DNA from: a virus
Taxonomy: Duplodnaviria > Caudoviricetes
Length of the DNA: 29,486 nucleotides
IMG/VR virus record: IMGVR_UViG_3300017737_000057
Coordinates: 1 to 29,486 of that record
Direction: 5' to 3' (one strand)
In this document: one piece after another, positions 8,554 through 16,592 of the stretch
Layout of the letters: every line of letters starts with the position of its first letter
Position numbering within the stretch: the stretch's first letter is position 1
Notes under the pieces: generated by a model
Databases searched by the model: none
The model's input: only the letters and a program-made list of their open reading frames with translations
What the model was told of the DNA's origin: nothing
Program-made: the position numbers and the translations under genes

Positions 8554-10705
8554 TTAATCCTTTTAATTGCTCATCAAGTAAATTACCAGCTTTTTGAGCC
8601 TGTTCTAATATTTTGTTATTACCAGACATCATTAACTTATCTAAATCCGCATCGGCTTTAATTTTTGCCGTATCAAGTTGTGTATTATATTTTAAAGCCA
8701 TTTCTTTTAGCTTCGCTTCAAAATCTAACATCATATCTTGTTGCTTTTGTTGTAATTCTCTATTTTGCAATTCTAATTCCGCCATTTTTCGTTTTTCTTC
8801 GGAAGAAATTCTTGTAAATTCTATTTTTTCTATTGGAGTTAAAGGCGGTGGTTGTGGCGGAGGCATTTGTTGTTTGCCAATATCTGGATTTACAAAGAAA
8901 GCGTCCACATTTTTTAATCCTGCGTTTTCTATAATCTTGGATAAAGTGTTATACATATTTTTTAGCGTAACCATTGGCATCTCTTTTCCGCCTTGTAGGT
9001 TGAACGCTTGTAATTGTCTTTCCAAAATACTATTAAGCATAATAACTTGTTGTTCTTTAGAACCTGTTCCTAATCCAACAACAACATTTATATTAAATTT
9101 GTCTTTCCATTCGGTAGGTTTAATAGGAATATAATTATTATTTAATTCTATAATTTGTTCTTTGTCTTGATACTTAACCATTAGTTCAAAAATTTTATTA
9201 AATAAATCTTTAACGCCTGTTTCCGCAAATATTCTAGCAATTAATTCGGAACGCATTTGTGTTTGTGTCATTAACGCATTTACACCTGTTGCTGTTTTAG
9301 AATTTAAAGCGTTAGCGTCTAAACCTTGTGCGGATTTTGTAATTCCAGTTCTAGCTTCTCTAACAGTGTCTAAATAACTTAATAATGGGAACGCTTGTTG
9401 TGAAATTGGTTGTGCTTGAAGCGGTTGCATAACTTGATTAGGAGGTTGTTTAGTTCTAACGACACCACCTGGTCTTGTCGTAAGTAAGTCGTCCATATTG
9501 ACCATTCCGTCCATAACGGCAACTCTATTATTATTTGTCAAATACATATTATCTAAAAGTTGACGCATAACAGTAGATTTCATTAATTGTATATCTTCAA
9601 CTAATTCGGAAATACTTCTTCCGTAAAATCTATGGGGCATTGGTATTGGTGTAACAGTTACAAACGGTGCGGAGTCGCATGGCATATTTTCTAATATATA
9701 ACTTCCGTCTCCAGCACAGATTACTTTTCTTAATTCGGCAATTCCATCTCCGTCATAATCAAATCTAATATAAGATTCATATACTAAAACTTTTTCGGTA
9801 GATTTATCGGTAGGTTCGTCTTGGAAGTAACCATCAATATTTCTATCTCTAGCTTCTTCTTCCATTGTAAAATTTTCATCTTCATTTCTTGGAAGTTCCA
9901 TAACTTCATCATAATCAAATCCCATTTCAATTAATTGTGATCTAGTTAGATAAACTTTATGTGCTACAAAATTTGCGTCTTGAATTGTTTTAGCCGATCT
10001 ATCTATTAAAAATTCTTCAGGCGGTACGCTTTCAATTTTTACTTTGCCAGACTTTCTAATTCTTTTAATTTTACAATTATATAAAACAGCTTTTGGAAAT
10101 TTTATTTCGGAAATATCAATACCTTGCATTTCGGCTTGTTGCTTGGCTACTTCTTGTTGTTCTTTAACAACTTCGTCAACTATTTCTTCTTCTTCAACTA
10201 ATTCAATTTCATCTTTAGTATCTTCTAAAGCATCTTTTTCCGCTGGAGTTAAATTTTTATAAGTTTCATGTTCAACGCTTTCGTTTTCATCCCAATAAAT
10301 TTTTAAAAAACCATTCTTTTCAATTAATGCGTCTTTAAAAAAATTATATAAAAGCGTAAAGCCATCGTTTTGTTTGTAAAATACATGATTTAAATATGCC
10401 GTAGCTTGTTCGCTTAATGGAACATCTTCCGCTGTAACAGGATCGCAACGAACCACTTTATCGGAAGCGGTAAAAACTCTTAAAAGGTTCGGCAAGATAC
10501 TTTCAATTGTATCGGAAACATCGGTACTTACTACTTGGCTTCTTCCGTCTATTTCCGTTCCAAGTTTATCGCCTAAATAATATTCAATAGATTTTCTTCT
10601 TGACTCCGATAATTCGCCACCTAAATAACCTATGCTATTTCTAACTTGGTTAGTTAAGATTGCTTTTAATTCTATATCGGAAAGTTCTTTATTTTTTTTT
10701 GCCAT
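8477..10705 (-). CDS. Portal protein (P22-like)
   Basis: 742 aa; GRSQVVSTDVSD, PMPHRFYGRS motifs; C-terminal coiled-coil barrel; follows terL. Confidence 0.92.
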   Translation of the reverse strand: MAKKNKELSDIELKAILTNQVRNSIGYLGGELSESRRKSIEYYLGDKLGTEIDGRSQVVSTDVSDTIESILPNLLRVFTASDKVVRCDPVTAEDVPLSEQATAYLNHVFYKQNDGFTLLYNFFKDALIEKNGFLKIYWDENESVEHETYKNLTPAEKDALEDTKDEIELVEEEEIVDEVVKEQQEVAKQQAEMQGIDISEIKFPKAVLYNCKIKRIRKSGKVKIESVPPEEFLIDRSAKTIQDANFVAHKVYLTRSQLIEMGFDYDEVMELPRNEDENFTMEEEARDRNIDGYFQDEPTDKSTEKVLVYESYIRFDYDGDGIAELRKVICAGDGSYILENMPCDSAPFVTVTPIPMPHRFYGRSISELVEDIQLMKSTVMRQLLDNMYLTNNNRVAVMDGMVNMDDLLTTRPGGVVRTKQPPNQVMQPLQAQPISQQAFPLLSYLDTVREARTGITKSAQGLDANALNSKTATGVNALMTQTQMRSELIARIFAETGVKDLFNKIFELMVKYQDKEQIIELNNNYIPIKPTEWKDKFNINVVVGLGTGSKEQQVIMLNSILERQLQAFNLQGGKEMPMVTLKNMYNTLSKIIENAGLKNVDAFFVNPDIGKQQMPPPQPPPLTPIEKIEFTRISSEEKRKMAELELQNRELQQKQQDMMLDFEAKLKEMALKYNTQLDTAKIKADADLDKLMMSGNNKILEQAQKAGNLLDEQLKGLNGNQRPNPEGSGSQPIQSGETNIRE

Positions 10706-10706
10706 A

Positions 10707-11978
10707 TTAAACTATGTAGCTTGTATCTACCTTTATTGGTTTTTTCCAGTCGCTTCTATCTATTGGTTCGGTAACTGCACCATACCTTATCGAATCGCAA
10801 AAATGTGATGCCCAGTTGTGTAAGGGTTTATTACGAAAACAATTATTTTTTTCATCCCATCGCTTACAATAGCTTTTTAACGCTTCTATAAGTTTTTTGC
10901 AATTACTTTTATGAAAATAACAATTAGGTAACATTCTTCTTACTTGCTCTATTCCATCTTCTACGCCAAGTTTTGGTGCAATTTCAAATTCCATCCCCAT
11001 CTCTTTGGCGGACTCCCATCTTGATTTATTCGTTCCTATTTCTCTAACCCTTATATCATGGGGGGCGATATGTTTATCGTAGGTATAAGGTTTATCGTCA
11101 ATTACATTAAAATAGTGTTCTAATCCCTCACTAGAATTTTCGTAGCAATCAATTATCCTAATTTCGCCACTTGGTCGCCTTTGTGCAAAAGTTATAACGG
11201 TGCTATCATTCATCCCTAAATCCCACCAAGTTTCTACTGGAATAGATAAGTCTATTTCAAAATCGGTTATCTTTTTATTCTTATCTAATTCTTCAACTAT
11301 ACCGCCATAATAAGAACCGCTAATTCCAGCTTGGAATGAACATTCAAATTCTTGATCGTAACTTTCAGGCGACATGGATAGCTTGGCAGCGTCTAGTTCG
11401 TCTTTGGGTATTATCTTTGTTTGACTAGCTTTAAAAACACAAGTGAACCAATCTTTTTGTGTTTTAGACTTCTCATGTAAATCAAAAAACCAATTCCGCC
11501 CCATCGGTGTGCCGATAAAAATTGCAAAGCCTTTTCGGTCTGATAAGCAAGGGCGTAAAATTGTGTCAAATAAATCTGGACTAATATTTTGGGTTTCATC
11601 TACGATAACTCCGTCAAAGTATTGTCCTCTAATGGCACTACTATTTTCAGCTCCTATTATTTGAATACGGCTATTGTTGACGGAGAAATCTACCCTTAAT
11701 TCTGATTCATTCCATTTAACACCTGGAATTGTGGCGGAAAATTGTTTCATATAATCCCAAGCTGTGCTTTTCCCTTGCAATCTATAAGGCGATATAAAGG
11801 CATATCTTGGATATGGATTTTTATTAGTTAGGGCAGCTTTAATTAAATGGTTTATTGCAAACACAGTTTTACCGCCTCTTCTATGAACGATAATAACATT
11901 AAATCGGTTCACATCACATTTTTTGTGCAAAAATTTTTGTATTTCTCTAGGATTGTATGGAATAACGATTTGTTTCAT
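10707..11978 (-). CDS. terL: Terminase large subunit
   Basis: Walker A HRRGGKT, Walker B VIVDE, coupling motif IGTP, RNase H-like WDLG...D. Confidence 0.95.
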   Translation of the reverse strand: MKQIVIPYNPREIQKFLHKKCDVNRFNVIIVHRRGGKTVFAINHLIKAALTNKNPYPRYAFISPYRLQGKSTAWDYMKQFSATIPGVKWNESELRVDFSVNNSRIQIIGAENSSAIRGQYFDGVIVDETQNISPDLFDTILRPCLSDRKGFAIFIGTPMGRNWFFDLHEKSKTQKDWFTCVFKASQTKIIPKDELDAAKLSMSPESYDQEFECSFQAGISGSYYGGIVEELDKNKKITDFEIDLSIPVETWWDLGMNDSTVITFAQRRPSGEIRIIDCYENSSEGLEHYFNVIDDKPYTYDKHIAPHDIRVREIGTNKSRWESAKEMGMEFEIAPKLGVEDGIEQVRRMLPNCYFHKSNCKKLIEALKSYCKRWDEKNNCFRNKPLHNWASHFCDSIRYGAVTEPIDRSDWKKPIKVDTSYIV

Positions 11979-12010
11979 ATTAAAACAAAACCCCCCTCTT
12001 TAGAATCTTT

Positions 12011-12202
12011 CTAATGTAAAGTAAAATTTTGTTGGCTATCATAAACTTTAGGTTCTTCTACAAATTGGTCTTGCAAAAACTTTGAAAAATCTATTGCTTC
12101 GTCATTATCGGAAAAACCTTGAAAATGAGAAATTACAATTGGTTCGCCTGTTTCTTTATCCTTAATTATAAAAATTATTGTTTTCAATATAAGATCATCC
12201 AT
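12011..12202 (-). CDS. Hypothetical protein, 63 aa
   Basis: ORF between terS and terL in operon orientation. Confidence 0.65.
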   Translation of the reverse strand: MDDLILKTIIFIIKDKETGEPIVISHFQGFSDNDEAIDFSKFLQDQFVEEPKVYDSQQNFTLH

Positions 12203-12316
12203 TTTATTTGTTTATACCATCCATTCATTTTTACCAAGACGACATTCGCAAAATTGGGTATCGGCTCTAAAAAACCCCCCTAAATCTGTCGTTCAAAGCA
12301 AAAAAGCCTTATTTTA

Positions 12317-12348
12317 TTACTAACGATAAGAAAAGTTATCGTTAGTAA
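12317..12348. repeat. Perfect 13-bp inverted repeat with 6-bp spacer
   Basis: TTACTAACGATAA-GAAAAG-TTATCGTTAGTAA. Confidence 0.9.
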
Positions 12349-12388
12349 AACTTTCCGATAATTCAGCGTTATCAAACCTTTTGCATTT

Positions 12389-12403
12389 GTTCTTCTTTTG
12401 TTC
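12389..12403. promoter_or_regulatory. Alphaproteobacterial LexA (SOS) box candidate
   Basis: GTTC-TTCTTTT-GTTC matches GTTC-N7-GTTC; intergenic but in low-complexity context. Confidence 0.5.
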
Positions 12404-12437
12404 TTTTTTTGCTCACATATAACTAATTATCTTTTTA

Positions 12438-12528
12438 TGTGTTAAAAATGCCACAAACCTAATAAAACCAATACTTTTAGTGTTGTAAATATATCACAAA
12501 GCATAAATATTGTGGTATTTTTGCAACA
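12438..12528. promoter_or_regulatory. Three 18-bp TGT-N12-ACA palindromic boxes
   Basis: 12438-12455 TGTGTTAAAAATGCCACA; 12481-12498 TGTTGTAAATATATCACA; 12511-12528 TGTGGTATTTTTGCAACA. Confidence 0.65.
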
Positions 12529-12951
12529 TTATGACTGCCAACTAATGTTAATTGGTGCTTTATCGTCACCTTTTAATGTTATTTCTGCAGCTTTTCCATA
12601 CTTTTTAGAACTTATTTTAGAAGCAGACCATTGTGAACTAGCTACAATAATTTTATAAAGATTAACTAAATTCTGTCCTGCCTTTCCATCTATTTCGCCT
12701 GATTCTATTTTAGCTTCTAATTCTAATCGTTTATCTTTTAAGTTACTTAATTCCAAATCTATCGCTAGTTCTTTTGCCTTTTGGTATCTATCCATTAATT
12801 CATTTGAACTAACTAATTCTTTTCGGAAACTAGCCCAAGTATAATCAATTTCTTCTTTTTCAAATACTTGCCGAATCGTTAAACCATCGGCAATAAGCTC
12901 TAAAATTCTTTCGGCTAATCTTGGGTTTAGTTTTCTTTTTCGTCCTGCCAT
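12529..12951 (-). CDS. terS: Terminase small subunit (Sf6-like)
   Basis: N-terminal HTH-like ERILELIADGLTIRQV; WSASKISSKKYG C-terminal motif; upstream of terL. Confidence 0.8.
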   Translation of the reverse strand: MAGRKRKLNPRLAERILELIADGLTIRQVFEKEEIDYTWASFRKELVSSNELMDRYQKAKELAIDLELSNLKDKRLELEAKIESGEIDGKAGQNLVNLYKIIVASSQWSASKISSKKYGKAAEITLKGDDKAPINISWQS

Positions 12952-12970
12952 AATTTTTAATCCTTTAAGG

Positions 12971-13058
12971 GGTGGAGGCGGTTATAGAAAGAAAGGGAAA
13001 AAGACCGCCTCACACCAAGTGTACACTAATAAAAACTAGCTAAAAGGGTTTCGCTAGT
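12971..13058 (-). other. Two hairpins in the predicted terS 5' leader
   Basis: GGTG-GAGGCGGT/ACCGCCTC-A-CACC stem (12971-13016) and ACTAGC/GCTAGT stem (13035-13058). Confidence 0.7.
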
Positions 13059-13071
13059 AGTTAAAATATTT

Positions 13072-13100
13072 ATCATACTAAATATAGTATTACCAATCAA
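13072..13100 (-). promoter_or_regulatory. Sigma70-type promoter for packaging/structural operon
   Basis: TTGATT-N17-TATGAT on minus strand. Confidence 0.6.
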
Positions 13101-13395
13101 AAATCGTTTTAGGCTTACGAAATGTTCTAGTATCGTTTGTAATAGGATTCTTCTTAATAATTCCTTTTTGTAGTAGCCTATCTATAAATAATTCTACGGA
13201 AAAAGAACCCCAGCATTCCCTTTCCCAAATCCATACCATTTGATTTACGGACAATAATCCGCTTTCAAATTCATTGTTTAATTGAACAATAATTTCTAGC
13301 TTTTCTTCTTTAGTGTAATCGTTGAACTTTCTATGCTGTAATAGTTTTCCTTTATAAGTATAGGCAAGGGGGGTTATAGTCGAATCATTGGACAT
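13090..13395 (-). CDS. Hypothetical protein, 101 aa
   Basis: ORF directly downstream of the HTH initiator-like gene. Confidence 0.7.
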   Translation of the reverse strand: MSNDSTITPLAYTYKGKLLQHRKFNDYTKEEKLEIIVQLNNEFESGLLSVNQMVWIWERECWGSFSVELFIDRLLQKGIIKKNPITNDTRTFRKPKTIFDW

Positions 13396-13400
13396 TTAAG

Positions 13401-13793
13401 TTATCCCTTGAATCCTTTTAATTTCTTAAAACCTTTAACCTTATTAATATTATGAGTATTAGTATTACTCTTCTTAATACTACCCAATTTTAGGGTAGTC
13501 AGTTGCCCAGAATTTGGGTAGGGCAAGACAACCTTATAAGGGGCTTTTAGTTCATAATAATTAGCCGAAGTCTTTCTGTGGATAATTAGGTATTTTTCTT
13601 GAACAAGTTCGGCTTTAAGGCTTTGCAAGGTATTCAAAGAAACGCCCAATTTTTCAATTAAAGTTTTATTTCGCAAAGTCCGATATTTGTCCGATAAGCT
13701 ACGAAGATAGCAAAACAACAACTTCGCATTGTTGCTTAAATCATTATCCCAAATCACTTGATTCGGTATCATTGAAAACCCTTTATTTTTCAT
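13401..13793 (-). CDS. Winged-HTH protein, putative replication initiator
   Basis: GFSMIPN..IWDNDLSNNAKLLFCYL and LGVSLNTL..LKAELV (HTH_36-like); internal palindromic repeats next to an AT-rich tract. Confidence 0.7.
   Translation of the reverse strand: MKNKGFSMIPNQVIWDNDLSNNAKLLFCYLRSLSDKYRTLRNKTLIEKLGVSLNTLQSLKAELVQEKYLIIHRKTSANYYELKAPYKVVLPYPNSGQLTTLKLGSIKKSNTNTHNINKVKGFKKLKGFKG
13479..13520. repeat. Iteron-like palindromes T(A/G)CCC-N7-GGGTA x2, candidate origin
   Basis: 13481-13497 TACCCAATTTTAGGGTA and 13504-13520 TGCCCAGAATTTGGGTA, 23-bp period. Confidence 0.7.
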
Positions 13794-13813
13794 ATTCCCT
13801 GCCAGACTATATA

Positions 13814-13830
13814 TACCCTATTTTTGGGTA
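13814..13830. promoter_or_regulatory. Third TACCC-N7-GGGTA site, candidate autoregulatory operator
   Basis: TACCCTATTTTTGGGTA, 20 bp upstream of the HTH gene start. Confidence 0.65.
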
Positions 13831-13852
13831 ATCAAATAAAAAAAAATTCGGT

Positions 13853-13867
13853 GTTCTTGCTATGTTC
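13853..13867. promoter_or_regulatory. Alphaproteobacterial LexA (SOS) box
   Basis: GTTC-TTGCTAT-GTTC, 2 bp upstream of a predicted -35 in a divergent promoter region. Confidence 0.65.
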
Positions 13868-13869
13868 TA

Positions 13870-13898
13870 TTGTATTACTTGTATATATTTTGTATAAA
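13870..13898 (+). promoter_or_regulatory. Sigma70-type early promoter
   Basis: TTGTAT-N17-TATAAA. Confidence 0.6.
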
Positions 13899-13945
13899 TA
13901 AGAATGATTCGTATAAATAATAACTACAAACAAAAGGAGGGTTTT

Positions 13946-14377
13946 ATGGATCAAGAAATGACTAAAGCAATAGAAACTTTTAAAAATAAAGTTTTTGAAG
14001 ATTATGCAGGTTTTAATTCAAGAAGCATAACTTCAATAAGTAAAGATACTATTGAAAAAGTACCATCTTATCAAAATGAAGTTAATAAAAGAATAGACGC
14101 TAGACTTCAAGAATTTAAAGATGGTTTTAAAATGGTAGAAACTAAATACTATTATAAGTTTCTAAAAGCTAACGGAAGCGGTCAAAGTGTTCATTCTTTT
14201 ATAGTTAAGGAAGATAAGGAAATAAGAAGAAAGCACTGGAAAAAGGGAGATTTATTAATGGCTGCCTCTTTTAGTCAACCTGCTTTAAATAAACCTAGAG
14301 GCAACATTCTAGGGGAATATAAAGTTCAATGGACAGGTCCGCTTTATTTGTCAGGTCCAAAAGGATTTACTTTATAA
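13946..14377 (+). CDS. Conserved marine-phage early hypothetical protein
   Basis: Start moved to 13946 behind AAAGGAGG RBS; SVHSFI...KGDLLMAASF..PA...RGNI...WTGPLYL motif. Confidence 0.8.
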   Translation: MDQEMTKAIETFKNKVFEDYAGFNSRSITSISKDTIEKVPSYQNEVNKRIDARLQEFKDGFKMVETKYYYKFLKANGSGQSVHSFIVKEDKEIRRKHWKKGDLLMAASFSQPALNKPRGNILGEYKVQWTGPLYLSGPKGFTL

Positions 14378-14390
14378 ATATTAACCAAAA

Positions 14391-14406
14391 GGGGGCGAAA
14401 GCCCCC
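14391..14406 (-). terminator. GC hairpin, intrinsic terminator in minus orientation
   Basis: GGGGGC-GAAA-GCCCCC; the U run follows only on the minus strand. Confidence 0.6.
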
Positions 14407-14418
14407 AAGAAAGGAATT

Positions 14419-14652
14419 ATGAAAGCTAAAGATTATAAAGGTATTACCAACCTACTAGAACAAAAGAACCCAAATAAACGATTCTTTGATTTTATGGATT
14501 TTAAAGATACTCAAGCTAGAATCAATTCGCCAAAAATATACCAATATCCAATAAAAAAGCATTATCAAGAACCTAAAAGAAGAACCTTTTTTTATATAGG
14601 TTTAGGGCTTTTACTTGTATTATGCTTGTATATAACATGGATTTTGATATAA
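14419..14652 (+). CDS. Small protein with C-terminal TM helix
   Basis: Start at 14419 behind AGAAAGGA; FFYIGLGLLLVLCLYITWILI tail. Confidence 0.7.
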   Translation: MKAKDYKGITNLLEQKNPNKRFFDFMDFKDTQARINSPKIYQYPIKKHYQEPKRRTFFYIGLGLLLVLCLYITWILI

Positions 14653-14677
14653 ATTTAACTTTAGAAAGGAATCAATT

Positions 14678-14911
14678 ATGCCAAATATAGAACACAATCA
14701 AAGGGAAATCCAAGCCGTTAATAATGCCGAATACTTTACTTGTATCAATTGGAAGCCGTTAGGTAATAAAGAACGATTTGAATTTGATACAAAGCAAGAA
14801 GCTATCAATAAAGGTAAATCAATTATCAAAGACGACAAAAGGGCAAAGATAATGATTTATGCCGTTAATGGTTCAAATATGGCTTTAGTTCAAACTATAA
14901 GGGGTTCTTAA
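14678..14911 (+). CDS. Hypothetical protein
   Basis: 77 aa; AGAAAGGA RBS. Confidence 0.75.
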   Translation: MPNIEHNQREIQAVNNAEYFTCINWKPLGNKERFEFDTKQEAINKGKSIIKDDKRAKIMIYAVNGSNMALVQTIRGS

Positions 14912-15147
14912 TGCAATTGTCATTAAAAGAACTAGAACACATTAAAGTTGCTTTATATACCCACAAAAAAACCTTTTCTAGTTTTGAAGTAAATGGACTT
15001 TATGGAAAAATAAAAGACTTTTACAATAAAGAATTAGAAAGGGTTAAAATCAATGTAAGTATAGAGGATAAAGCTAAAGAAAAAATAATTTCCGCAAATA
15101 AACTTTATAATAATATGAAAGGTGCTTTTAGTGAACGCAAGGAATAA
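14911..15147 (+). CDS. Hypothetical protein
   Basis: 78 aa; TAATG coupling. Confidence 0.7.
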   Translation: MQLSLKELEHIKVALYTHKKTFSSFEVNGLYGKIKDFYNKELERVKINVSIEDKAKEKIISANKLYNNMKGAFSERKE

Positions 15148-15361
15148 ACTTTGGGAACAACTAAAAGAAGTTTGCAACAAGAATTATGAAGTTCAAGGGG
15201 TACAATTTTGGAAATATATTTTAAAAGCTAAAGATTATGTTCCTTTAAAAGATTTAAAAGAATGGATTCGCAAGGAAGAAATTAAAAAGATTAAACAACA
15301 ACAAGAACAAAACAAGGAAAACGAAAAAAGGGGAATACATGGCAACAATAGATGGAACTGA
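15122..15361 (+). CDS. Hypothetical protein (start uncertain)
   Basis: Tiles the operon between neighbours. Confidence 0.6.
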   Translation: MLLVNARNKLWEQLKEVCNKNYEVQGVQFWKYILKAKDYVPLKDLKEWIRKEEIKKIKQQQEQNKENEKRGIHGNNRWN

Positions 15362-16289
15362 AGAAATACTAGATTTAGACTTATTTGGCAATCCAATAGA
15401 AAAAAAGGTTTTATTAAGGGAAAAATATTTAGAACCCCCTTTTTCTATATGCGATACCAAGCAAGGAACTTGGCAAAGGCGTAGGCAAAACTGGAAGAAT
15501 TTAGGAATAGAAAGCGAAGTAGGTAGGGAGGGAACAGACGGAGCTCATTTTGCAGGTCGTCATAGACAAGCCGAAAGAAGCGGAAAGAAACCTGCCGAAT
15601 CTACCCAAAGAATTTTAGATGTAGGCGAAGTATCTATTTTTGATCCTGCTTTATGCGAAATTTTATATACTTGGTTCGTTGATAAAGGCGGAAGTATATT
15701 AGACCCTTTTTCAGGCGGTAGTGTTAGGGGTATTGTAGCCCATTATTTAGGTTGGAAGTATGTCGGTATTGATGTAAGGCAAAGCCAAATAACAAGTAAT
15801 AAGATTCAAGGGGAAAAGATTTTAGATAAAGATAATCAGCCTAAATGGATATTTGGCGATTCAAATAAGATTTTAGATACTATGATAGACGGCAAGGAAG
15901 CAAATCAATTAGAAGAATTTGATTTTGTTTTTAGTTGTCCGCCTTATGGTAATTTAGAAATATACTCCGACCAACCTGACGACATTTCAACGCTTGATTA
16001 TCCTGCCTTTTTGGAAGTGTACGAATCAATCATAGCCAAAAGTTGTAAGTTATTAAAGCAAGGGGCTTTAGCTTGTTTTGTCGTTGGGGAATTTAGAGAT
16101 AAAAAAGGTAATTATGTCGGTTTTGTTCCAGATACTATTAGGGCATTTACTAAATGCGGAATGAAATACTATAACGAAGCTATTTTATTAAATGCAATTG
16201 GTTCGGCTAGTGTTAGGGCTAATACTAATATGAAAAATAAAAAGCTAGTTAAAGTACATCAAAACATTTTAGTATTTAAGAAAGCATGA
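15339..16289 (+). CDS. DNA amino-methyltransferase (N6A/N4C), SAM-dependent
   Basis: Motif I ILDPFSGGS...GID precedes catalytic motif IV FSCPPY. Confidence 0.88.
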   Translation: MATIDGTEEILDLDLFGNPIEKKVLLREKYLEPPFSICDTKQGTWQRRRQNWKNLGIESEVGREGTDGAHFAGRHRQAERSGKKPAESTQRILDVGEVSIFDPALCEILYTWFVDKGGSILDPFSGGSVRGIVAHYLGWKYVGIDVRQSQITSNKIQGEKILDKDNQPKWIFGDSNKILDTMIDGKEANQLEEFDFVFSCPPYGNLEIYSDQPDDISTLDYPAFLEVYESIIAKSCKLLKQGALACFVVGEFRDKKGNYVGFVPDTIRAFTKCGMKYYNEAILLNAIGSASVRANTNMKNKKLVKVHQNILVFKKA

Positions 16290-16489
16290 CAATAAAAAAA
16301 GATTTATATATTTATAGGGTTCTTTATGGAACTAAACGAATTAAAAAGATTAGTTTAAATAAATTATTAAATCATTTAAATTTAGAAGTATTTACTAAAA
16401 GATTTTTTGTAAATAAAGAAGATGCAATTAAATTTATAAAAGAAAATGAACAAGAAAATAGAAAAGAAAAGAAACATAGAAAACCTTAA
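16286..16489 (+). CDS. Hypothetical protein
   Basis: 67 aa; ATGA coupling. Confidence 0.65.
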   Translation: MTIKKDLYIYRVLYGTKRIKKISLNKLLNHLNLEVFTKRFFVNKEDAIKFIKENEQENRKEKKHRKP

Positions 16490-16592
16490 AAGATTAACTT
16501 TACTTAATATTTTATCTTCTAAAGGGGTTGTTTATAGATATTACAAATTTAATTATAAAAAAAGGAATCAATCATGCTTGAAACTATCATAG
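16446..16592 (+). CDS. Basic hypothetical microprotein, 48 aa (not in ORF track)
   Basis: MNKKIEKKRNIENLKRLTLLNILSSKGVVYRYYKFNYKKRNQSCLKLS. Confidence 0.5.
   Translation: MNKKIEKKRNIENLKRLTLLNILSSKGVVYRYYKFNYKKRNQSCLKLS

Noticed and set aside
3095-10262. Plus-strand ORFs in the track (3095-3322, 5279-5533, 6391-6624, 7945-8130, 8613-9134, 10044-10262)
   Set aside because: Antisense shadows of well-supported structural genes, with no RBS and biased composition
12203-12528. CRISPR-like mini-array
   Set aside because: Boxes are degenerate palindromes with irregular spacing; no identical direct repeats with spacers and no cas genes
13904-14418. Track start codons 13904 and 14329 (also 17705, 18401, 22809)
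   Set aside because: Downstream ATGs have clear RBSs or avoid overlapping promoter, hairpin or neighbouring genes
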